From a virus (Duplodnaviria; Caudoviricetes), in the IMG/VR virus record IMGVR_UViG_3300037851_000586, positions 1 to 32,297 of that record: a stretch of 32,297 bases of DNA. One strand, 5' to 3'. Below the pieces are notes generated by a model, which saw only the letters and a list, made by a program, of their open reading frames with translations, did not search any database and was not told where the DNA came from. A program made the position numbers and the translations under genes. This document shows positions 1 through 7,761 of the stretch, one piece after another (position 1 is the first letter of the stretch; every line of letters begins with the position of its first letter).

Positions 1-2
1 GA

Positions 3-17
3 TACCCGGGGTACACT
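3..17 (+). promoter_or_regulatory. Putative sigma70-type -10 element (TACACT, 12-17) overlapped by a short inverted repeat TACCC-G-GGGTA (3-13)
   Basis: TACACT lies ~56 nt upstream of the first + strand ORF; any -35 box would be outside the window, so the call is incomplete. Confidence 0.4.
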
Positions 18-38
18 ATGAGCAGAGCCAAATATAGC

Positions 39-56
39 GCCCCCCCGCAGGGGGGC
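39..56 (+). promoter_or_regulatory. GC hairpin (GCCCCCC-CGCA-GGGGGGC) just 5' of the RBS of ORF 74-283
   Basis: 7-bp perfect stem followed by AGAAAAGGAAG and the ATG at 74; same position as the repeated leader hairpins downstream. Confidence 0.55.
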
Positions 57-73
57 AGAAAAGGAAGATTAAG

Positions 74-283
74 ATGAAAAGTATGGGGTACGAAAGAATC
101 CAGCTCAGCGACGGCGCTGAGCTGGATTTCGAGGGGGCAGGACTGTATGTCTGCCGCCCTCAAAGGTCCGCAAACGATGAGTGGATGCGTTGGGTGAAGG
201 TGCCCGACGCATCCACGGAGAGCGAATACGCAGTCTGGGTAGTCAGTATTGCGTCGGCGAACGCAATACTGACTAAAGCCTGA
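74..283 (+). CDS. Hypothetical phage early protein (69 aa)
   Basis: ATG with AAGGAAG RBS; first gene of a same-strand run of small ORFs. Confidence 0.7.
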   Translation: MKSMGYERIQLSDGAELDFEGAGLYVCRPQRSANDEWMRWVKVPDASTESEYAVWVVSIASANAILTKA

Positions 284-303
284 TAACGTCCGTCTGACAA
301 ACT

Positions 304-338
304 GCCCGGCTCCGAGGCATCGTATCGGGCAAGGAGAA
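304..338 (+). repeat. Leader repeat copy 1: GCCCGGCTCCGAGGCATCGTATCGGGCAAGGAGAA (hairpin + SD)
   Basis: 35 bp identical to 684-718; contains AAGGAG and ends 2 nt before the ATG at 341. Confidence 0.95.
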
Positions 339-340
339 TC

Positions 341-673
341 ATGATGATTAAGTTTTTGACCGACAATGTGTGTATTGAGTGGAGTGTTGCGACGCTGCCG
401 CCCCATTTGGCTATGCCGATAGGGAGCAGAGCCACAATTGTCGGAGCGCCACGACGGTACGACTACCGCCGCGACGTGGCGGATTGGTTGGCGGAAACGG
501 GCGTCGCCGTTCTGGCGGACGCCCATTGGATGGGATATCCAACCCAGGATTGGCCCACGGATACGTGGGCGTATGCGTCCGTCTGCCGAATTGTCGGCAG
601 ACGGGTGCTGGTAACGACGCTACAGCGTACCTACTGGTACGCGCCGGAAGAGTTGACAGACTCTCTTCGGTAG
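341..673 (+). CDS. Hypothetical phage protein (110 aa)
   Basis: ATG after AAGGAG; fills the space between repeat copies 1 and 2. Confidence 0.75.
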   Translation: MMIKFLTDNVCIEWSVATLPPHLAMPIGSRATIVGAPRRYDYRRDVADWLAETGVAVLADAHWMGYPTQDWPTDTWAYASVCRIVGRRVLVTTLQRTYWYAPEELTDSLR

Positions 674-683
674 TCGGCTTATC

Positions 684-718
684 GCCCGGCTCCGAGGCAT
701 CGTATCGGGCAAGGAGAA
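684..718 (+). repeat. Leader repeat copy 2 (identical to 304-338)
   Basis: Exact 35-bp direct repeat 380 bp downstream of copy 1; precedes the ATG at 724. Confidence 0.95.
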
Positions 719-723
719 CGGTC

Positions 724-1005
724 ATGAGCAATTGGCAGAATGAACTGAGCAGGGCGGCGCTAGACTACGCCGCCAAGCTAGACGGACCATACGCCCGGTC
801 GCTGTTCGCGGCCGGGTACCGGCGCTATCACGCCGGGCAGGTCCGCAACAGCGTGAGATATCACGCGGCAGACCTGGCTCTCCTGCAGGAGGGCTGGGAC
901 TTCGCCAGGGGCGAACAGCAGTTCGCCGAGGCGATGTACGAGGATATCGAGAGCGAACGCCAGGCCTACGACGACCTGGCGGCCAGCACGCGCGGGTGCT
1001 GGTAG
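724..1005 (+). CDS. Hypothetical phage protein (93 aa, MSNWQNEL...)
   Basis: 3' part of track ORF 379-1005; start moved to the ATG at 724 behind the AAGGAG of repeat copy 2. Confidence 0.75.
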   Translation: MSNWQNELSRAALDYAAKLDGPYARSLFAAGYRRYHAGQVRNSVRYHAADLALLQEGWDFARGEQQFAEAMYEDIESERQAYDDLAASTRGCW

Positions 1006-1014
1006 GGGGGCGAT

Positions 1015-1782
1015 ATGACAGACAGCATCTACAACGCGCTCTGCGCGGCGCAAGCGGAGTTCCCCGGAATTCCGCTAAATCGAGTGAACCCGCATTATCG
1101 GTCACGCTACGCCGATCTCGCGGGTATCCTGTCCGCAGTCCGACCGGCGCTGAACAAGCACGGTCTCTACCTGGCGTTCAACGCCAGCTTCGGCGAAGGC
1201 GCGTTAGAGGTGACCGCATGCGTCTACAACGACGCGGGCGAGCGCCACTGCGCCAGCGTCGCGTTGCCGTTGAGTCAGAATACGCCGCAGGGCGTCGGGT
1301 CTGTCCTGACGTACGGGCGGCGGTATGCGGTCGCGATGCTGCTAGGCATCGCGGCTGACGACGACGATGACGGCGAAACGTCAAAATCGCCCGTAGACGC
1401 ACGCAAGCCTACGGCGACGCCTCTGCGTACCGCTACGGCGACAATCAACGCCGTAGCCGCCTCTACGCCCGCCACGAACGAAACTACGCCCCCGCCGAGC
1501 GCCAGCGAGCTGGACGTCATCGGAGCGTGGCGACAGCCCGCCGACGCCTACGCGTGGGCGGTCAGCGTAGGAGCGTGCCGGAACGAGTTTGAAGCGCGAA
1601 ACTCGTTCCGGAAGATCGTGGACGACCACGGCGGCAAGTCCACGAAGGCGAACATCGGCGCAATCTACGTCGGGTTCTACCGACGGCAGATTGCGAAGAT
1701 GGCCGCCGCCGCCCGTGACGCCGCGCCACCGGCCAAGCGTGAACTCGCCGTCGAGACTGACGGCGACGTACTGTTCGCATAA
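1015..1782 (+). CDS. erf: ERF-family single-stranded DNA annealing protein (recombinase)
   Basis: NPHYRSRYADLAGIL...PALNKHGL and PQGVGSVLTYGRRYAVAMLLGIAADDDDDG match the ERF signature; Thr/Ala/Pro linker and a C-terminal extension follow. Confidence 0.9.
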   Translation: MTDSIYNALCAAQAEFPGIPLNRVNPHYRSRYADLAGILSAVRPALNKHGLYLAFNASFGEGALEVTACVYNDAGERHCASVALPLSQNTPQGVGSVLTYGRRYAVAMLLGIAADDDDDGETSKSPVDARKPTATPLRTATATINAVAASTPATNETTPPPSASELDVIGAWRQPADAYAWAVSVGACRNEFEARNSFRKIVDDHGGKSTKANIGAIYVGFYRRQIAKMAAAARDAAPPAKRELAVETDGDVLFA

Positions 1783-1796
1783 CCCGCAACCCAGCC

Positions 1797-1832
1797 GCCC
1801 GTGCCCCGTGGCATCGTAACGGGGCAAGGAGA
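1797..1832 (+). repeat. Leader repeat copy 3 (diverged): GCCCGTGCCCCGT-GGCATCGTA-ACGGGGC-AAGGAGA
   Basis: Same 9-nt loop and SD as copies 1-2; perfect 7-bp stem 1803-1809/1819-1825; precedes the ATG at 1837. Confidence 0.9.
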
Positions 1833-1836
1833 TACT

Positions 1837-2358
1837 ATGTCCCGTAGTCTATTCACGAACGAAGAACGTGATCTCCATATCAAGGATCACGCTGCTCGCA
1901 TCGCCGAGATGGAGCGCTGGCGACGCAAGCAGGAAGATATCTACCTGCGCCGCCTCAGCGGGCGCGACCTCGACGACATCGGCCCGTGGCCGTCGCTTGA
2001 GGACGTGCCCGACGGACGCGACATCGTCGGCGGACCGGTGGCCGGGCTGACGCCAGTAGACGTGCCCGAGCCGGACTGGACGCAAGCGCCGGATGATGCG
2101 CAATGGTGGTCCATAGACGCCGACGGGCGAGAGTACTGGTGGACCGACCTGCGATATCGCCGCCGCCCGGCGCCGGACCCGCGCAGTATGGGATACTACG
2201 ACGATGACGTGGAAGCGGACGCCATCCGCGGCTACACACCGTCACGCGTAGTCCGCATCATCACGGACCCCGCAGAACTCAGCGCAACCGTCCATGACGC
2301 CCATGTGGACGATGACGACCAGTACGATGACTTCAACGACGACCCGCTGACGTGGTAG
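1837..2358 (+). CDS. Hypothetical phage protein (173 aa) with a PDWTQAPDDAQWWSIDADG motif and acidic tail
   Basis: ATG after AAGGAG of repeat copy 3; the Trp-rich DWxxAPxxAxWWxxDxDG motif recurs in uncharacterised phage proteins. Confidence 0.7.
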   Translation: MSRSLFTNEERDLHIKDHAARIAEMERWRRKQEDIYLRRLSGRDLDDIGPWPSLEDVPDGRDIVGGPVAGLTPVDVPEPDWTQAPDDAQWWSIDADGREYWWTDLRYRRRPAPDPRSMGYYDDDVEADAIRGYTPSRVVRIITDPAELSATVHDAHVDDDDQYDDFNDDPLTW

Positions 2359-2371
2359 AAAGACGTTGCCT

Positions 2372-3190
2372 ATGCCGCACTACGAGCGCCCGAACCTTCC
2401 GGCGCTTGACGAGCTACTAACTCCACCCGCACAATCGCCAGACCCCCCTGCTGCCGCACCCCGCGTCGAGCAGGGGTTTGGTTTTGTGCTGACGGTGACG
2501 AATCTGTTCGTCACCGCTATCATCATCAGCGGCATGCTCATTGACGGGCAGTCGGTCACCGTCGCGATGGTGACGGGCGCGGCTTACTTCTTCCCGACGA
2601 CCATCGTGTACGTGCTGGCGCTGACCGGCACGTTTACGGACGTGATCCGCGGCGGCCAGCGCGAGCGCACGGAGCGTCTGCGCATTGACGCGTACGCGGA
2701 CCTCGCCGCACATGCGTTGACGTGGCGCATGGCCGTCGAGGACAATCGCCGCGCCGAACTCGCTGCATCCGCAACGCCGTCCGATTTGCAGCGCCGACTG
2801 GCGACGGTCGAGTACGAACTACTGCAACGCAACCTGCCCGCGCAGGATGCCGCCCCGACGTACGTGCCGCCCTACGATAACCGCCAGCGCGGGGCATTCG
2901 CCGCAGAGACTCAGCCCGCACGCGATACGACATCCGCTGAAGCGCTGGCCTGGGCGATGGCGCTATACGGCGATGACGGTCTGCCGGATCCGCGGCAGGT
3001 GCAGTTGTCGGGCGACGAATCGTCACGCGGCCGGTTGCGCGTGCCCGCCATCGGGAGCAAGCGCGGACCCGGCAGCGCCGACGCCCTGCGTTGGTTGCTG
3101 CAGAAACGCGTGCTGGTCAAGCTAGCCGGGGGCTATGCGTTGAACGTCGCCCTGTTCCCCCGCCGCGAGGAGTTGCGCTATGTGGAGTGA
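2372..3190 (+). CDS. Hypothetical membrane protein with two predicted TM helices
   Basis: Hydrophobic segments FGFVLTVTNLFVTAIIISGML and VAMVTGAAYFFPTTIVYVLAL, then a charged helical region; start is ATG 2372 or TTG 2366. Confidence 0.7.
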   Translation: MPHYERPNLPALDELLTPPAQSPDPPAAAPRVEQGFGFVLTVTNLFVTAIIISGMLIDGQSVTVAMVTGAAYFFPTTIVYVLALTGTFTDVIRGGQRERTERLRIDAYADLAAHALTWRMAVEDNRRAELAASATPSDLQRRLATVEYELLQRNLPAQDAAPTYVPPYDNRQRGAFAAETQPARDTTSAEALAWAMALYGDDGLPDPRQVQLSGDESSRGRLRVPAIGSKRGPGSADALRWLLQKRVLVKLAGGYALNVALFPRREELRYVE

Positions 3191-3198
3191 CACCCCGT

Positions 3199-3237
3199 GG
3201 GTGGGTGGTAGGGCGGGTGTACACCTACCACCCACCC
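3199..3237. terminator. 14-bp perfect inverted repeat between convergent transcription units (probable bidirectional terminator or cruciform)
   Basis: GGGTGGGTGGTAGG (3199-3212) pairs with CCTACCACCCACCC (3224-3237), 11-nt loop; no U-tract on either side. Confidence 0.55.
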
Positions 3238-3238
3238 C

Positions 3239-3772
3239 CTAGCTCACGAAGTAAAACCCGCTTACGGCGTACTGGTCACCGGCGGCGATCTCAGTCACCG
3301 TCATCGTGTCGGTCGCCGCGTTGTTAATTGACATGTCAATCTGCCCGTAGGCATTGCCCGCCGAGATTGTAAACGTCAGCCCCACCACGGTCCCGGTATA
3401 GGTCATGTTGACCGACGCGATACGGATCGAGTTTTGCGTGTAATCCGCGTTGCTGGTGTTGGCTGAATACCACGGTAGGCTGATCCGCAACCAACCGCTC
3501 CCGCCGCTGACCGTCGCTACCTCTACGAACATGCTGAAGAACACGACGTTGCCGAGCTGCGTGTATTTGCCGACCTGCGTCGTGTAGGTGATGGTCGGGT
3601 TGCTGGTGCTGCCTGTGATGGCGGGCGTCCATGTGCCAGAGGCCTTGAACGCCACGCGCGACGCCGCTAGCCGTTTGTCCGGATCGTTGGTGTCCGAGGT
3701 GTCGCTGATGTGAAACATGTCCGCGTCAGCGGGCGTCGCCGCCAATTCGTTTAGGTCACGTACCGTTGTCAT
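3239..3772 (-). CDS. Tail fibre / receptor-binding head-domain protein (177 aa)
   Basis: GTWTPAITG...YTTQVGKYTQLGNVVF...ISLPW...VSGFY is a beta-sandwich pattern typical of phage fibre C-terminal domains; last gene of the tail cluster. Confidence 0.7.
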   Translation of the reverse strand: MTTVRDLNELAATPADADMFHISDTSDTNDPDKRLAASRVAFKASGTWTPAITGSTSNPTITYTTQVGKYTQLGNVVFFSMFVEVATVSGGSGWLRISLPWYSANTSNADYTQNSIRIASVNMTYTGTVVGLTFTISAGNAYGQIDMSINNAATDTMTVTEIAAGDQYAVSGFYFVS

Positions 3773-3959
3773 CGTCCCCCCCCTCGCGTACGAATCCGTC
3801 CTCTATCGCACGGATCACCCACCCGTCGGCGGGCGACGCATCATGCTCTTCCTGCAGATACGCCACGAACTCATTAAGCTCCCGCTGCGCCGCGTTCATG
3901 CCGTCCACCAACCGCTTCAGGCGTCGCTGTTGCGCCGCGCTCAGTCGCCGTTGCTCCAT
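3756..3959 (-). CDS. Small helical hypothetical protein (67 aa, MEQRRLS...), possible fibre chaperone
   Basis: ATG at 3959 overlaps the upstream TAA (TAATG coupling); 3' part of track ORF 3756-4091. Confidence 0.6.
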   Translation of the reverse strand: MEQRRLSAAQQRRLKRLVDGMNAAQRELNEFVAYLQEEHDASPADGWVIRAIEDGFVREGGDDDNGT

Positions 3960-4210
3960 TATCCTAGCATCTCCGTTTCTGCTTGCGTGCGTAGGTTCTC
4001 CATAAATGCCAGCAGCGCGTCCCGTTGCTGCACGGTGATATGCGGTGTGAGGTTCCCCGTGCGGTATACGTCCGTTCCGTCGCTGAGCCAAACCTGCACC
4101 CGATACTGTGCGCTCGGTGCGGCGCTGCTAGTCGGGTCGGGACTCTCCAAGATCACCATCAACCGCCCGATACGTTCAGGCGTGCGTGTCGGTTCCGCGT
4201 CAAACGCCAT
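3959..4210 (-). CDS. Hypothetical tail-associated protein (83 aa), possible fibre assembly chaperone
   Basis: Starts 3 nt after the long fibre gene; tightly packed with neighbours. Confidence 0.65.
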   Translation of the reverse strand: MAFDAEPTRTPERIGRLMVILESPDPTSSAAPSAQYRVQVWLSDGTDVYRTGNLTPHITVQQRDALLAFMENLRTQAETEMLG

Positions 4211-4213
4211 AGC

Positions 4214-7200
4214 CTAGCTCCCCCAGTTCCCGATAGCGGCACGCCGCCACGTGTTCGTGGCCGTGCAGACGTAGATGTAGTTGGCGTCCCAGGCTATCTC
4301 CCCTGCGTTGCCGGACGCGCCCGAGGTGGCCGGAGTGTAGCTCGTGCGCACGCGGATGCTGTCGTCGGCCACGTCCAGCAGCACGGCAGGAGACCCCGTG
4401 CCGACGCCAACCTTGCCGTCGGATGCGACCGTAACGTGAGCGCTAGACGCTCCCCCTGCGGTCAACGTCACCGCACCCGACGCGTAGTCATTCAGCAGCG
4501 TTAGGTTGCCGCGCGTCGCGCCGTTGTATATGTATCCGTCGCCCGTCCCGACCGTCTTGTACGCCGTGGTCGAGCTGCTGTACTTGCCCATCTCGACCGT
4601 CGCTGAGTTGGCCGACACGCGCATGGCCGCGCCCGCGCCCGTGCCCGCCGTGGCGTTTTCGAGCTGCAGGTATTGGTACGAACTCGAGTCTTCCTGAACG
4701 TGCAGCGCATACGACGGCGACGCCGTGCCGATGCCCACCAGCCCGCCCGTTGTCACGGTCAGCAGCGGGCTACCGCCCACATCGGCATTGGCCGCGAGCT
4801 TCCACTTGTCACTGTCCGAGTTGTCAATGCCCGCCACCCAGCGCGTTCCGCCCGTCAGCAACCATTGCGCCACCGCATCGCCTGTACCGTCCTGCTCGAT
4901 GGTCAGCCCCGCACCCGTGCCGGTCGCGGTTGTATCTTCGTAGACGTGCAGCGGTGAGGCGGGCGACGTCAGCGGGCTGAGACCGGTGATGGAATTAACA
5001 AGCAGAGCGTGGCTCAGAATGACCTGGCTGTCGGTCATGGTCAGGTTGCAACCATATCCTACCGCGCCGGGAACATCCAATATAACTGAGTTGCTTCCGC
5101 TCACTACGGCTACTCTACCCGCAAGTATAGTAGTGCTGGTAATGCCGTCGCTCTCTACCATGACCTCCAGGCCCGCAAGATAAGACCCGTACAAACCGAC
5201 AACCAACTCACCCGCGCCCACGCGCACCGTGTTCTGCGCCCCCGATTTGTACAGCCATAGGTCAAGCGCATATTCGTCCGGGGTGGGAGTAGTATACGCA
5301 AACGAGAACAACCCGCCGGTCATTGTGCCGCTGCCGTCGCGGAAGCTATATCCGTAGACCGGGTCGTAGTCAGCCGGGGTTCCGAAGAATGTAGTCCACT
5401 GACCGCTACTGGCTTGCACCGACGCTCCGGTCGAATCTAGCCGTATTGTGCCGCCCCCCGCGTACAGCTTGCCGTCGGCGCTGCTCGCATACCATTGCGT
5501 TGTTGTGCCGTTCGTGCCGTACAGGTTCGTCCCGTCCCAGGCGATGGTCGCACCGCTGCTCCCGCCAAAATAGAAGCTGCCGCTGCTGTCTATGTACGTG
5601 CGCCATGCCGAACCGTTGAAGTAGCCCATGTGCCCCGACCCAAGGTACAGACCCGCACCCGCCGTCGTGACCGGTGTGGTCGGCGCGACAAATGACTTGA
5701 CCGAACCGTTGCTGTTCAGTCCGGAGTAGGCGTACCCGGCGCCGCTTTTTTCGTTCGCGGTCACGCGCTTGTAGGTCGTGCCGTCGCTCACGTTGTCTAG
5801 GTTTTTGTTCGTGACCTGCCCTGTCGCGAGGTCTACGCTGTCCAACGTCGCCAGCGCACCGGCGTCGGCAAAGTCGGTGATGCTCCCGCCGACGATTGTA
5901 ATCGCACCCTTGACCGTCAGCACGCCCTCGCTCTGGTCCCATTGCACGTAGTTGTCAGCCGACAACGATCCTATCAGCACGTCGCCCGTGCCCGCGTCGT
6001 GGGAGAAACTGGTCGTGGCAGCGTTGTCTACATCTAGTCCGATGCGCAACGATCCCTGGCTGTCTAACCGCACGGTCGGATTAGCCCCGTCCCAACTTTC
6101 GAGGTCCACTTTGAATAGCTTCAACTGCAGGTTGCTGGCGACGATGTATGGACTATCATTGTCGCTCAGGTCCGTACCGGCAATCAGCCCGTATTGTTCA
6201 ATCCCGCTGATGCCGTCCACGCCCACGCCGTCGAGCCGCCCCAGCCGCACATGCGGGATCACGCTACCCGCTGCGCCCGTCCACGGTTCTGCGCCCGTGG
6301 TAAATACGTCCTGATACGGCGCATAGTTGAGGTCCGACGTCAGCATAATGCGCCCGTCGCCCTCTACGCCATAGCTCACCACACCCGACCCGGCGCGCAG
6401 CGTGGTCGCGGTCCCGCTGACGTAATCCACATAGTACTGATAGTACGTCACGCCGTCGCCGTCCGTCTGGCTGTACGCGCTGTTGACTACCATCCAGATG
6501 TCGTATACGTCCAACGTGCCCGCATCCACCCCCGCTAGCGTCTTGCAGCGTAGGATGTCGCCGGTGGCGAAGTACTGCGCATGTCCGCTCGGCGGGTCCT
6601 TGATGTTGATGCTGTTTTGGATCGTCGCCAGCGTTGCAGTGTCCGTGACACCGGCGCTTTTGAACTCGAGGTCGGCAGTGACGGTCGCGCTTTTTACCTG
6701 GTAATCCGGTGTATCCGTTGTTCCGGCAATTGTCGCGTCGTCCTTGAGGATGCCCGTTGTCGCCACAAACAACGTGCCGCCCGTGGCGTGAATCTCGTCC
6801 GCCACAAACACCGTCGCGTGTAACTCCCCGCGGAACCAACCGTTGTTGAACTCGACGTTGCCCGTCGGCGTAATCTGCCATCCGAGCAGACCCGATACAA
6901 ATCCAGGGTTGCCGCTCTGCAGGTTGCCTACGCTGTCTAGGACAATCAGCTCCTGCCCCGCCGCGTTGTCTACGCGCCAGATCCGCGCCGTCTGCCCCGT
7001 GATTTGGCGCAACCGCTGCGTCACATCCGATGTAGTGGCGCTCTCTACCCACAACGCGGTCGAGCCGTCCGGCGTCTTGTTGATGCCGACGTTGTTGTAC
7101 GCCGCGTCAACATACAGCACGTTCGTGTCTACCTGCAGGTTGCTTAGGTGCAACCCGCCCGTGCTGTTGCTCTTTAGCAGACTCTCTGTGCCCGCGCTCA

Positions 7201-7759
7201 CGTCCGCACTGGCCGTGACTGCGTGGCTGTGCGATGCTCCGCTCAGCGCGTCGGTTGTGGCGTAGGTCAGCGTGGCCGGGGTGCCCAACCGCAGTGCGCC
7301 CGTCGCAAACTCCAACCCGGATGGCGACGCCAGGTTTACACGGATGTTGTTGGTGTCTTCCGTTAGCCCGTATGCGGTGTCAATCAGGTCGGTCACGTCT
7401 ACCGACACCTGCTGACCGCTGAGGTCTATGCCGTCTCCGGCGGTCGCCTCGTCGTGGTGCGCGTCGGGGTCCGCTACGTGCGCCGACAAGTCCACGCCGT
7501 CAATTGTGACGCCGGATGACACGGCCAGATTGCCCGTCAGCGATCGTGTGCCGTTGGTCATGAGGAATTGCGGCGCTTGGTCATCATCGAGTGTGCCGGT
7601 ATGCCACGTGGCGCTGTCGAGCGCGTGCTGCTCCAACGTGACGCTGCCGCCGACACCGCCCCCACCGCCCGCGTCGCCGCCAAAATTGTACTTGGCCAGA
7701 TGCGGTAGCAGGTCCTTTGCCAGCGCGCTTAGCCTATCCCCGGTCGGTCGTGTCGCCAT
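4214..7759 (-). CDS. Long tail fibre / tail-tip protein (1181 aa)
   Basis: Gly/Ser/Thr-rich beta repeats, VGIGTASP-type fibre motifs, C-terminal GNAGEIAWDANYIYVCTATNTWRRAAI fibre-end motif; follows the hub gene. Confidence 0.8.
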   Translation of the reverse strand: MATRPTGDRLSALAKDLLPHLAKYNFGGDAGGGGGVGGSVTLEQHALDSATWHTGTLDDDQAPQFLMTNGTRSLTGNLAVSSGVTIDGVDLSAHVADPDAHHDEATAGDGIDLSGQQVSVDVTDLIDTAYGLTEDTNNIRVNLASPSGLEFATGALRLGTPATLTYATTDALSGASHSHAVTASADVSAGTESLLKSNSTGGLHLSNLQVDTNVLYVDAAYNNVGINKTPDGSTALWVESATTSDVTQRLRQITGQTARIWRVDNAAGQELIVLDSVGNLQSGNPGFVSGLLGWQITPTGNVEFNNGWFRGELHATVFVADEIHATGGTLFVATTGILKDDATIAGTTDTPDYQVKSATVTADLEFKSAGVTDTATLATIQNSINIKDPPSGHAQYFATGDILRCKTLAGVDAGTLDVYDIWMVVNSAYSQTDGDGVTYYQYYVDYVSGTATTLRAGSGVVSYGVEGDGRIMLTSDLNYAPYQDVFTTGAEPWTGAAGSVIPHVRLGRLDGVGVDGISGIEQYGLIAGTDLSDNDSPYIVASNLQLKLFKVDLESWDGANPTVRLDSQGSLRIGLDVDNAATTSFSHDAGTGDVLIGSLSADNYVQWDQSEGVLTVKGAITIVGGSITDFADAGALATLDSVDLATGQVTNKNLDNVSDGTTYKRVTANEKSGAGYAYSGLNSNGSVKSFVAPTTPVTTAGAGLYLGSGHMGYFNGSAWRTYIDSSGSFYFGGSSGATIAWDGTNLYGTNGTTTQWYASSADGKLYAGGGTIRLDSTGASVQASSGQWTTFFGTPADYDPVYGYSFRDGSGTMTGGLFSFAYTTPTPDEYALDLWLYKSGAQNTVRVGAGELVVGLYGSYLAGLEVMVESDGITSTTILAGRVAVVSGSNSVILDVPGAVGYGCNLTMTDSQVILSHALLVNSITGLSPLTSPASPLHVYEDTTATGTGAGLTIEQDGTGDAVAQWLLTGGTRWVAGIDNSDSDKWKLAANADVGGSPLLTVTTGGLVGIGTASPSYALHVQEDSSSYQYLQLENATAGTGAGAAMRVSANSATVEMGKYSSSTTAYKTVGTGDGYIYNGATRGNLTLLNDYASGAVTLTAGGASSAHVTVASDGKVGVGTGSPAVLLDVADDSIRVRTSYTPATSGASGNAGEIAWDANYIYVCTATNTWRRAAIGNWGS

Positions 7760-7761
7760 GT

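Noticed and set aside
304-718. 35-bp direct repeats as a CRISPR array
   Set aside because: Only two identical copies, separated by 345 bp holding a whole ORF; they include an SD; no cas genes.
379-723. 5' extension of track ORF 379-1005 (208 aa)
   Set aside because: Overlaps ORF 341-673 and runs through the repeat; the SD supports the ATG at 724.
3199-3772. Fibre-tip gene followed by a hairpin as a diversity-generating retroelement target
   Set aside because: No reverse transcriptase and no adenine-mismatched TR/VR pair seen in the window; cannot be excluded for the rest of the genome.
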